Shown piece by piece: positions 34,052 to 42,450 of a stretch of DNA of 64,000 bases. Source of the DNA: a virus. The notes beneath the pieces are model-generated. The model searched no databases. It was not told the DNA's origin and saw only the letters and a program-made list of their open reading frames with translations. The stretch's first letter is position 1; the number at the start of each line of letters is the position of its first letter. The position numbers and the translations under genes were made by a program. Location: the IMG/VR virus record IMGVR_UViG_3300025154_000052, positions 32,001 through 96,000 of that record. One strand, 5' to 3'.

Positions 34052-35549
34052 ACTCCTCAACCTCGTGAATGTTTGTGCCGAGCAGACCCAGTTGGGCCTG
34101 CTCGCGAATCTGGTTCACCTCTCTCAGATACGCGAGTGCGTCTTCTTCGTTCACGTACTTGGTGCGCACGAGTACGTTCTCAAGTGCGTCATACAGGCCC
34201 GCACGTCGGACGGAAGTTCTGTACGACGCTTCAACGTGAAGCAGGTTCCGAATTCGCTCGTACTCCATGGGGTCGCTGCAGCACTCCTTGAGAAGCCCCA
34301 GCGCGTCTTTCTCAAAAGGAATGTCTACAGGTCCGAGAATGTCTCGGTCTGGATAGGGATGTCCAATCTCTTGCTCGTAGATACCGGGTAGGAGGTCTTC
34401 TATCTCGTGTTTGTCGAGCACCCAGATACGGCGGATTTCCCGAAGTTCATCCATGGAGATCAACTCGAGCCGTTCGCCGGCCGGTGCGTATTCGCTCACC
34501 TCGCGTTGAGTGCGCAGGAGTTTCCGTAGCCAGTCGGCTCGAGCCTGTTGAGTATATGGACCGGGGATCGTTCGGTCGTGGAAGAGTTGCACGCGGCCAT
34601 TCATGCGCCTGAAGTCGCGCAGATGGCGATCCTTCTGCATGGCCAGATCGTCACGCAAGCCAAGCAGTGGTTCCATCCACTCCTTTTCCGTGTCGTGCTG
34701 GATCATGGCAGCCATCGACTTGTCTTTTTCGACCAGCGTGCAGACCCAGCACCCGAACCGGCTCGAGCCGCATGACGGCGTTCCCGTATCGACTACCAGT
34801 GGACACTCTCCGGAGTCAGATCCCGCCGCGTACATCCTGAACAGTGCCCGGTTGTGCCACCCCCACGGGTTCGGCACCTGGAAGAGGAACGTCCACACAT
34901 CGTCGTTAGACCAGTCCTCGATGGGCGAGTAGACCCATGAGCCGGGTAGCGACTTGTTCGGGCTCAGGCGGTCACGTATACGCCCTTTCTCGGCTGCCTC
35001 CATGGTACGCCGGCGACTCGCACTCTCAGCCTTGCGAGTACCCAGGCACAGGATGGCCTCACCATGACGGCTGACGACGTTGGTGATGAACTTGTTGGAT
35101 GGCTTGATCTTCAGCCGTTCGGTACACCAGCGCATACCGGGCATGCGAGGGGAGCAATAGCCCTTGCCGATCAGGCATACCCAGAAGCTATCAAGCAGCT
35201 CCGGAGTGAGTTTGTGTGGCTTGATGGGCATTCCCTGCTTGTCAGCAGCAACGCCCATCTGCTCGAGCGACTTACCAACCCAGGCAGCGACCACCGGGTT
35301 CTCGACAAGCGTGTCTGTGCTGATGACGTGGACTGGCTTCTTGATGTCGGCTCGAGGCAGTTTGGCCAGCGCCGTCCAGACGAGTTGTAGTGTCGCAGAG
35401 CTGTCCTTGCCTCCGCTATAGCCCAACACCCATGGAGTGCCATCCTCGAGGTACAGGGTGCGGATCTCCTCCTGCAGGTCAGCGATGGACTGGGCCAGGC
35501 TTACCTTGTCAGACGATTCTTCTTGTTGCAGAAGCGATAACTGACTCAT
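34038..35549 (-). CDS. dndC: DNA phosphorothioation protein DndC
   Basis: PWVLGYSGGKDS, STDTLVENP, RWCTERLKIKP, GTRKAES, SPIEDWSNDDVW, GECPLVVD..TPSCG.SRFGCWVCT, PGPY. Confidence 0.92.
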   Translation of the reverse strand: MSQLSLLQQEESSDKVSLAQSIADLQEEIRTLYLEDGTPWVLGYSGGKDSSATLQLVWTALAKLPRADIKKPVHVISTDTLVENPVVAAWVGKSLEQMGVAADKQGMPIKPHKLTPELLDSFWVCLIGKGYCSPRMPGMRWCTERLKIKPSNKFITNVVSRHGEAILCLGTRKAESASRRRTMEAAEKGRIRDRLSPNKSLPGSWVYSPIEDWSNDDVWTFLFQVPNPWGWHNRALFRMYAAGSDSGECPLVVDTGTPSCGSSRFGCWVCTLVEKDKSMAAMIQHDTEKEWMEPLLGLRDDLAMQKDRHLRDFRRMNGRVQLFHDRTIPGPYTQQARADWLRKLLRTQREVSEYAPAGERLELISMDELREIRRIWVLDKHEIEDLLPGIYEQEIGHPYPDRDILGPVDIPFEKDALGLLKECCSDPMEYERIRNLLHVEASYRTSVRRAGLYDALENVLVRTKYVNEEDALAYLREVNQIREQAQLGLLGTNIHEVEEYEEA

Positions 35550-35839
35550 CGATCCCATGGCTCCGAGCCAGCCCGCTCCGCGAGTTCTGCCTGGTAGGTT
35601 CCGTATACGTCCCGGCTCACCATGATATAGGCGCGGAGTATGTCGACAATGGCCACCTGTGCTTCTGTAAGGCCTGTCAGAGCGTTATCAACTAATATCT
35701 CGATCAATGTGTCGGGTGTTATGCTCAGCGACGACGCCAGGGCGTCTAGGTGCGCTTTGAGCCGCGCTACGAACGCGGTCTCGAGCGGCTCCAGTGATTG
35801 GGATGGCTTGTTGCGAATGTGGTGGAGTAGAGTGGTCAC
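35546..35839 (-). CDS. Hypothetical protein
   Basis: Coupled to both neighbours by 4-nt overlaps. Confidence 0.55.
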   Translation of the reverse strand: MTTLLHHIRNKPSQSLEPLETAFVARLKAHLDALASSLSITPDTLIEILVDNALTGLTEAQVAIVDILRAYIMVSRDVYGTYQAELAERAGSEPWDR

Positions 35840-36666
35840 GGGTTGGTTCCTTTCGCCAGATTCGCACTGATGGCCGGTCGTGCCCAGAGTCGTTGAAAAC
35901 GAGCCCATTCTTGAGAGACGTTCCCATGTCTGTTACGCCAAACCATGGCCATGGGCCAGAAGCCTGCGTCAACCACCTGTCTCATCCGTTTCTCGGCCGC
36001 TTCAAACGTATCCTTGGCATACCCGCAGAGCACGTATGCTCTCAGGTGATGATTGTTGCGACCATAGCCCGCCTGTTGGAACAGACGACCAGCATCCACC
36101 AATGGCTCGAGGTCGTCGGGCGTGTCGTAAGCGAAGAAGACAGATTCGGGAGCCAGCTTTCGGATCTCTTCCACATGCCAGGGCTGAAGTTTCGCAGCCT
36201 CGAGCCCGCCCGTAAACTCGGCACGGTGACCGACCCGCTTCTGTCGGTGAAGCATGGCGAACACCGCCCTGATGTGCTCCTCAGGGCATGCCAGTAGGTT
36301 GTCGTCGAGGATATTCCAGCCATCGGTGATGGCGAGTTCCCGTAGAGCGCCCTCTCGTTTTGGGACCGAACAGAACCAGCAGCGATTCGGGCAGCCGCGA
36401 GACGTGATGACGTAGCCTGGCTTGAGGTACATACCGGGTGTGAAGTTTCCGCCACGCTCACCAGTCGCTGGCCCACCTATTCTGACCGGTGCGACGTGCC
36501 GCCAGAGATTCTCGAGTCGCTCGGCCACCGGGAGATCCCAGATAAACGCCACGCTGATGTGAACCTCGTCGGCTTCGTCGAACAGGCCTGGCGGGCAATC
36601 GACGCGCACAAGGGCGTCATTCGGTGTGGCTGTGGTTCGTCTCGGGAAGAGTCGGATGATTTTCAT
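35836..36666 (-). CDS. Radical SAM protein
   Basis: TSRGCPNRCWFC (CxxxCxxC), DDNLL, FAYD, YVLCG. Confidence 0.88.
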   Translation of the reverse strand: MKIIRLFPRRTTATPNDALVRVDCPPGLFDEADEVHISVAFIWDLPVAERLENLWRHVAPVRIGGPATGERGGNFTPGMYLKPGYVITSRGCPNRCWFCSVPKREGALRELAITDGWNILDDNLLACPEEHIRAVFAMLHRQKRVGHRAEFTGGLEAAKLQPWHVEEIRKLAPESVFFAYDTPDDLEPLVDAGRLFQQAGYGRNNHHLRAYVLCGYAKDTFEAAEKRMRQVVDAGFWPMAMVWRNRHGNVSQEWARFQRLWARPAISANLAKGTNP

Positions 36667-36681
36667 GCTACTGCACCGAGT

Positions 36682-37170
36682 TCAGCGACCTTCGCCGTCA
36701 ATCTTCGCCTTCCACTCCCACATCTCCATCTGCGTGGGCAGTGGAGCGAGTGGGCGAAGACGGGATCGAGTCGATGTGTAGTTCACGGCGTGCTGGACAC
36801 GTTCGAGAATGGTCAACTCCCAGCGGCGGTCAGACCGGCAGTCCTCGGGCTTGATGATGAGACAATCATCACTCTTTCGCTCGAGGATCGACCACGCATG
36901 CTGGTTGATGACCACGATGAGCGGGTCCTGCCACACCTCGCCCGTGAAGGTGAGCCCATCCATCCCGGCTTCAAAGAACGCGTAGCAGGGACGAGAATAG
37001 GACTTCGGTGGAGGCTCGGACCACGCCTTCTTCCCCTCCAGCAGATAGCCAAGCAGGCCACCTCGAGCGCTATGGCTGGCATCCATGGCAAAGAAGATGG
37101 GGTTGACTGGCTTGCCTTCAGCCTGCCGCACCATGAGCCACGTCTGGATCTTCTCGTACTCGGCGCTCAT
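36682..37170 (-). CDS. Hypothetical protein
   Basis: ATGA overlap. Confidence 0.6.
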   Translation of the reverse strand: MSAEYEKIQTWLMVRQAEGKPVNPIFFAMDASHSARGGLLGYLLEGKKAWSEPPPKSYSRPCYAFFEAGMDGLTFTGEVWQDPLIVVINQHAWSILERKSDDCLIIKPEDCRSDRRWELTILERVQHAVNYTSTRSRLRPLAPLPTQMEMWEWKAKIDGEGR

Positions 37171-37424
37171 TGCAGTCTCCGCACTGGACACCTTGGCTTG
37201 AGGTCACAGTTTCCGCACCGGCCCGTCTCGGCCAGTTCTTGACATGATGGCTCGCTGTCGTCGTCCATCAGCATGTCGATGTCAGGCACATCATAGCCAC
37301 GCTCCTTCAACGCCTGGGTGACGGCGTCCACACCCAGTATCTCGATGATCCGATTGGCGAGCTCCACGCGGGCATGGTGGGCCTCGAGCATGACGGCGAC
37401 TGACTCAGTGGTGATGGGCTTCAC
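37167..37424 (-). CDS. Hypothetical protein with C-terminal Cys motif
   Basis: Operon fit. Confidence 0.55.
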   Translation of the reverse strand: MKPITTESVAVMLEAHHARVELANRIIEILGVDAVTQALKERGYDVPDIDMLMDDDSEPSCQELAETGRCGNCDLKPRCPVRRLQ

Positions 37425-37846
37425 TTCCCCTCCACGACGGCGAGGAAGGCTTCGGTCTCTGAGAAGCGTGAAAAATTGGCCCGGGTCGCTCGAGATATAA
37501 CCTCCTTCCGTCGCTGCTCTGGTGTGAACGTGCCGACGTAGATACGATCAATCTCTTCCTGGGAGAGAGCGCGCCAGTCAATGGAGCGTAGACGGTGGCG
37601 CACATCCTGTTCGTACTTTTCCTGTTGACGTATTCGCTCGAGCCGCTCCAGGTTTTCATGATAGCGCTTCGTCGTCGATTCATTGATCGGCTCGAGGGAT
37701 TCCCCTCCACCGTAGCGCCTACCCATCGACGTGAACCGTTTACCGTCTACGTACATCTGGCCCGATGGTGTGATGCGCTCGATAGTGCCGACACTCTCGG
37801 GGTCGCCATGACCCATGTAGACCTTGTCACCGACTTTCCAACTCAC
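37421..37846 (-). CDS. Hypothetical protein
   Basis: AAGGAGG RBS. Confidence 0.6.
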   Translation of the reverse strand: MSWKVGDKVYMGHGDPESVGTIERITPSGQMYVDGKRFTSMGRRYGGGESLEPINESTTKRYHENLERLERIRQQEKYEQDVRHRLRSIDWRALSQEEIDRIYVGTFTPEQRRKEVISRATRANFSRFSETEAFLAVVEGK

Positions 37847-38144
37847 TAGTTTCCTCCTTTCTCATCTCCTGCCATCGCAACAACGTGTCGATGGCATCCT
37901 GAATGTCTCGGGTGATGTCTTTGCCCCCACCACGTCCACCGGCCACCAGCAACTTCTTGATGGCGTGCTGAAGGCATGGGTCAGTCACGCCGAGCAGAAG
38001 CAGCACGCAAGCAGTCGAGTCCTTACCACCGGAGAACGCGACGATGATCCGGTCGTAATCGTCAAACAACCACGGCGGCATTACTTCGGGCGGTTCTGTT
38101 ATCAGCGACAACTGCTTCGGCTTCACGTCAGCCCCCATACACAA
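37827..38144 (-). pseudogene. Chimeric ORF: PAPS-reductase-family N-terminus fused to an unrelated phage domain
   Basis: DYDRIIVAFSGGKDSTAC followed directly by VTDPCLQHAIKKLL..G.RG..KD...DIQDAID. Confidence 0.55.
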
Positions 38145-38152
38145 CTGAGCTG

Positions 38153-38194
38153 AGTATAGCAGGCTGGTAGCAACAATTCAACGGGTATTTGATT
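38153..38194 (-). promoter_or_regulatory. Sigma70-type promoter with upstream A-rich element
   Basis: AATCAAAT-N5-TTGAAT-N17-TATACT. Confidence 0.65.
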
Positions 38195-38236
38195 GATTCT
38201 TGAGAGTTGAAGGCGGGCCGGACGTGTAGTAGCCGT

Positions 38237-38467
38237 TCATGGCTGCTTCGGGCGGGTGGACCATCGCCGCGTTCGTCGGCTTTGTGTCAACTGCTTGCGG
38301 GCACAGTCGCTACACTGCCTGGAACGGCCCTGCCGCAGGCTATCCCCTCGCACGAGGTGGATGGTTGCGCATGCCAGGCAGCGGCATTGGAATGTTTGTT
38401 CGCCAATGTATCGGAGAACGTCCCAGCCAGCAATACTGGTTCCTTCGAGTTTACGGCGATGGTTCAC
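38237..38467 (-). CDS. Zinc-ribbon protein resembling the N-terminus of the 30294 HNH family
   Basis: G..IAGWDVL...CRC..C....V....L..G.S..C..C. Confidence 0.5.
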   Translation of the reverse strand: MNHRRKLEGTSIAGWDVLRYIGEQTFQCRCLACATIHLVRGDSLRQGRSRQCSDCARKQLTQSRRTRRWSTRPKQP

Positions 38468-38469
38468 AG

Positions 38470-38733
38470 TTACTCCACGTTGGTTTTGGTACAGTCGGCG
38501 ATGACCTCGCCCTTCTCATCGAAGTACCGGATACGCCATGTGGGATGACAGTTCATCGGGTGTTTGCCATGTTTGAGTCGGTTAGCAAACATCACGTCAA
38601 GGTTGGCGCTTTGATTCATCCCGATGATGGTTCCCACATCCCCATCGACTTCGACCATCATTCCAAGCCGGGCGAAGTCGATGCCCCGGCATCGTTTCAT
38701 GTCGTCGATGAATTGTTTTTCCTTCTGAGTCAT
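38470..38733 (-). CDS. Conserved phage hypothetical protein
   Basis: GMMVEVDG..GTI.G...SANL.V.F...NCHP.W. Confidence 0.6.
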   Translation of the reverse strand: MTQKEKQFIDDMKRCRGIDFARLGMMVEVDGDVGTIIGMNQSANLDVMFANRLKHGKHPMNCHPTWRIRYFDEKGEVIADCTKTNVE

Positions 38734-38776
38734 GAGATCTCCAAGGAGGCAAGGTTTATCCGGCCAGGGAAGACGG

Positions 38777-39103
38777 TTACCAGATATGAATGCCAATGTG
38801 CCACGACGGCTTGACGTCCAGTCCGAGCACATCGGCGCACTTGGCCAGGGCGTCCAGATGCTCAGGCTTGATCGGGCTCGGATCTGCCGTCATCTCGACG
38901 TGTGGACCGAATACCGTGTCTTCATCGCCTTGGTACGCGGAGCCGATTTCCGCGTACCACCAGTTGACCTCGAACGTAGCTTTCAGGAAGTCATCAAGCG
39001 AGTCTGGGCCGTCGTCGATGTCGAGCTTCGCGCAGATCTCATTCAGTTGCTCAGCCGTGAAGCGGAAGCCATACTTCACCACTGCCGTGTAATCGATGCT
39101 CAT
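38777..39103 (-). CDS. Hypothetical protein
   Basis: Operon fit. Confidence 0.6.
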   Translation of the reverse strand: MSIDYTAVVKYGFRFTAEQLNEICAKLDIDDGPDSLDDFLKATFEVNWWYAEIGSAYQGDEDTVFGPHVEMTADPSPIKPEHLDALAKCADVLGLDVKPSWHIGIHIW

Positions 39104-39113
39104 CTGATTCCCC

Positions 39114-39311
39114 CTACTGGTCCACGCCGATGATGCTCATCATCTCGGCAACGAGGTCTCGAGCCGCCCGTTCGACGTCCGCGGATGACGGCTTGTCGAG
39201 TTCGCCGTCGTTGTCTACATCAACGGCGTCGATCATCTCCTGAATGGCTGACTCGGCCGCGTGGCGAAGCGCCTGATCTTCCGTACTCGTCGTCTGTGCT
39301 TTGAAGTCCAT
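39114..39311 (-). CDS. Small acidic hypothetical protein
   Basis: AAAGGAG RBS. Confidence 0.6.
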   Translation of the reverse strand: MDFKAQTTSTEDQALRHAAESAIQEMIDAVDVDNDGELDKPSSADVERAARDLVAEMMSIIGVDQ

Positions 39312-39328
39312 AGGCTCCTTTCGCTGTT

Positions 39329-39383
39329 GGTAGGTTCAAGGGATGCTCCGTAGCGCCAGAGCATCCGGTTGAGCCTGCCTTTG
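39329..39383 (+). terminator. Long intergenic hairpin that pairs best as plus-strand (antisense) RNA
   Basis: GGTAGGTTCAA/TTGAGCCTGCC (two G-U pairs) around GGATGCTC/GAGCATCC, followed by TTT. Confidence 0.45.
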
Positions 39384-39411
39384 TACCATTCTCCCGACGC
39401 CGGGAAGATGG

Positions 39412-40152
39412 TCAGTCGTTGTGGCTGTAGTAGGTGTCGTAGTCGTCCGGGTCGGTATCGGGAACGATCACGATGGTTCCGCCCGCGTACATCTGGAAGA
39501 GGCGCCGAGCGAAGCCGTACATGGCCGTGGGGAGGAAGTCCTTAGTGGACTTACTGGCATACCCGCCGAACCAGATGAACTGTAGGGAGTAGCCGCCATC
39601 GGACTTCTGCATGTGCAGATGGATCTCGCAGTCATTGACTTTGGTGATGGACTTCTTGCTACTTGAGTAACTGGAGATGTCGCGCTTGTGGGGAGCAGGA
39701 TTCAAACCGATGCTTAAATTTTTGTCTCCCTCGATCTCGATGAGCAGCCCGATGCATTCCGCATCGTCACGATTGGTGTCGTCCGCCTTATCTTCCTTGT
39801 AGGCGTCGATCAACTCCTGAAGGGCGATCGTCTTCGGGGGAGCCTTGAAGATTTCCTCCAGCCGCTTGGTGAGTACCGGGTGAGTCTGCTCGGTCACGTA
39901 CCGGTTGACGGCTCCCTCGACGAGATGTCCCATACCCAGCATGGCGGTCTGCAGGTTGACCTTGATGAGTTCGATGCCGATGGCCTCTTCGACCTTCTTG
40001 GTGAGAGCCTTGCCCATGTCGCCGTAAGGGCGAAGTGACTCGACGATGACGCCCTCGATGGTCTTCTCCAGATGTTTGGCCACCAACTCGCGCACCTTAC
40101 CGGAGTCGACCATCTTTGCCAGTTCATCTGCCACTACTGCGTTGAAGTCCAT
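39412..40152 (-). CDS. Hypothetical protein
   Basis: Long ORF with RBS. Confidence 0.7.
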   Translation of the reverse strand: MDFNAVVADELAKMVDSGKVRELVAKHLEKTIEGVIVESLRPYGDMGKALTKKVEEAIGIELIKVNLQTAMLGMGHLVEGAVNRYVTEQTHPVLTKRLEEIFKAPPKTIALQELIDAYKEDKADDTNRDDAECIGLLIEIEGDKNLSIGLNPAPHKRDISSYSSSKKSITKVNDCEIHLHMQKSDGGYSLQFIWFGGYASKSTKDFLPTAMYGFARRLFQMYAGGTIVIVPDTDPDDYDTYYSHND

Positions 40153-40190
40153 GTGTTCCTCATAACTGAACTGTTTACTGGAAGTGTTGC

Positions 40191-40700
40191 CTACTTGGCG
40201 AAGTGCGCCGTGACGATATCGGTCATGGCCTTGGACACTGCCGCCTTGAACTCATCGCGAAGTGCGTTGATGATCCGCTGTATGTCGAGTTTGAACGTCT
40301 CGCTCACCACATCCGTCATGACCTTCTTGGCCACGTATTCGGCCCGGGGAATAGCCTTGCTGCCGTAGTTGTGGACGTCGGGATTACCTTTGCTATCCAC
40401 CTTCACCGCCCACCATTCCCTGGCAGCATCCACGAACATCTGCCGGATCGATGTGGGTTTGCCGTTCTCCTCGCCCCACGATGTGAGCGGTTGAAACCGC
40501 CCCTCAAGCGCTTTGGTCGCCTCGTCGTTGATGATGGCGGTAACCTTCTCACGAATGCCTTCGAGTGAGATACGCCGCACCTCGTCCCGGACGTCCCGAG
40601 CGCTATCATTTCGGTACTCTTCGACCAGAACAGTCACCGCGTTGTCTACAATTCGGTCGATGATGTCTTCCTTGGAGATCCCAAGTGCTTCAAAGTCCAT
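40191..40700 (-). CDS. Hypothetical protein
   Basis: GAGG RBS. Confidence 0.7.
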   Translation of the reverse strand: MDFEALGISKEDIIDRIVDNAVTVLVEEYRNDSARDVRDEVRRISLEGIREKVTAIINDEATKALEGRFQPLTSWGEENGKPTSIRQMFVDAAREWWAVKVDSKGNPDVHNYGSKAIPRAEYVAKKVMTDVVSETFKLDIQRIINALRDEFKAAVSKAMTDIVTAHFAK

Positions 40701-40708
40701 AATGTTCC

Positions 40709-41701
40709 TCATTTCAGGTTAAATAGGCTGATCTGTTGAGCTTTTCGCGAATCAGGGATGGGTTCGCGTGAGCTGATAACTACTTGAGATAGGGATGGCT
40801 CCACCACCGGCTCGAGCCGGTGGATGGTGTCGAGAAGGTTGCGGAAGCGCCCTACCTGCTCGGTCAGGAGTCGTGTGTTGTCGAAGATGTCGTCAGGAAT
40901 AGGGACCAGCCCCCATGGCACATAGAGCGCCATGTTGATACGAGATGCCAGAAGCACCGTCGTGTCAATATCTGCCCCCGTAAGCCGCATAGTGTAGTTG
41001 GAGGCGGACAGAAGCATTCGCCCAGTGCCACAGCACGGGTCAAGCGTCCGTAACGCCCGGGTATCGCCTGCTTGCCGAGCGTCATGGAAGACCATTTCGG
41101 CCTTGGCATTGCACACGCCTTGGGGAGTCGGGAAGAATGCGTTCGGCCCGCCCCCGAACCGCTGGGAGATGAGTGTTCCCAGATAGTCGCCAGCGGCCAC
41201 CAGAAGATGACGCAGGTTCACCTCACGGTAGAGTGTTTCGCAGACGTTCTCTCGAAGTTCAGGAGGGCTGTCATGAACGCCCAGCGACCAGCCCAGCCAC
41301 TCGAGCAGCGATACCAGCGCCCGCCATCCGCCCCCGTCACGCTCAATAATGGACACCCATCGCTGAACCTGAGCGAAGGCAGGCTTAGCCGCTTCCTGGT
41401 AGGGTTGATGGAAGGTCACCCATGGGATGCCCTCAGACGGGAGCACCCCATGCATGAGCGTGTCAATGAGATAGCCCCATCGCTGCGGGATTGCCGGCGC
41501 ATTGCAGGTCTGGAGCAGAATGACGTAGTAGAGCGACCAGCCCTTGTACATCCATGGCCGTGGTGTGTCTTCAAAGGAAGGCATGCGCCCATGAGTGCGA
41601 CAGAACGCCAGCCATTCAGGAGATATAAGCCCAGTACCAGTCATAGCAGCGTCAGCGTCCACAATCCACCCAGCAAGATGGTCAGTCGATACGCGCACCA
41701 T
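40709..41701 (-). CDS. N6-methyltransferase-like (HsdM-type N-terminal half) protein lacking motif IV
   Basis: FFPTP, LDPCCGTGRMLL, GADID..V....INM; no NPP(F/Y) motif. Confidence 0.7.
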   Translation of the reverse strand: MVRVSTDHLAGWIVDADAAMTGTGLISPEWLAFCRTHGRMPSFEDTPRPWMYKGWSLYYVILLQTCNAPAIPQRWGYLIDTLMHGVLPSEGIPWVTFHQPYQEAAKPAFAQVQRWVSIIERDGGGWRALVSLLEWLGWSLGVHDSPPELRENVCETLYREVNLRHLLVAAGDYLGTLISQRFGGGPNAFFPTPQGVCNAKAEMVFHDARQAGDTRALRTLDPCCGTGRMLLSASNYTMRLTGADIDTTVLLASRINMALYVPWGLVPIPDDIFDNTRLLTEQVGRFRNLLDTIHRLEPVVEPSLSQVVISSREPIPDSRKAQQISLFNLK

Positions 41702-41927
41702 CTTCAGAGGAGTCGGAATGAGACTCCTCTGATTGAATCCAAGTGTTGAGTTGATCGCGGAGCGCTTTGGCCGTCTCGACGTCGAACGAACCGAGCAAAA
41801 AGAGGTCAGTGGTATGTTTGTGCGGCTTGATACACATCAGGGTAAGAAGTCCAGGGTACCAACGGCTTTCGCCGACGGCATAGGTGTTCTTTTCGTTGCT
41901 ATGGTCTCTGCAAATCTTGAATGGCAC
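41682..41927 (-). CDS. Hypothetical protein
   Basis: AAGGAG RBS. Confidence 0.55.
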   Translation of the reverse strand: MPFKICRDHSNEKNTYAVGESRWYPGLLTLMCIKPHKHTTDLFLLGSFDVETAKALRDQLNTWIQSEESHSDSSEDGARID

Positions 41928-41937
41928 AACGCTCCTT

Positions 41938-42450
41938 TCAGCCTATACGCTCGAAGTATTCGCCCTCGACGTATACGGGCGAACAGATGAGGACGCCGTT
42001 GATGTCCTCGAAAAGTACATCCACGCCCTCAGATACGAATCGCCCGACGATGTAACTACCACCCACCGCTATGTGGTATATCCACCTTCCAGGATAAACC
42101 TTGTCGGGCCAGCAATGTAGCCGTGTCGGTTCCTCCCCGTGAACGCACTCCTCAAGGCTGGAGACGTCCAGTCCCCGATTCCGAAGAGCGTCAACTACAG
42201 CAGCCATCGGGATCGTACTCAGGAACCGCTCACACGCCCTGACCATGCTGTCGTGATGGCCGATCCACCCCTCGATGTCGCAGAGGTCGGAGGGCGCATC
42301 TTCGCCGTCGCGCAGGAGTAGTGCCAGAGCCAGCATATCGGACTGGCCAGCCGACAACACGTACTCATCCGTGTCGCAGTCGATGAGCACCTGGTCTTGC
42401 TCGGTAATGACGGTGAGCCGGTGCCCACGGGCGTCATTGATGGCTATCAT
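41938..42450 (-). CDS. Hypothetical protein
   Basis: ATGA overlap. Confidence 0.55.
   Translation of the reverse strand: MIAINDARGHRLTVITEQDQVLIDCDTDEYVLSAGQSDMLALALLLRDGEDAPSDLCDIEGWIGHHDSMVRACERFLSTIPMAAVVDALRNRGLDVSSLEECVHGEEPTRLHCWPDKVYPGRWIYHIAVGGSYIVGRFVSEGVDVLFEDINGVLICSPVYVEGEYFERIG

Noticed and set aside
33288-37846. Complete dndBCDE phosphorothioation operon
   Set aside because: No SMC-like DndD ATPase, DndB or DndE-like ORF is present among the neighbours.
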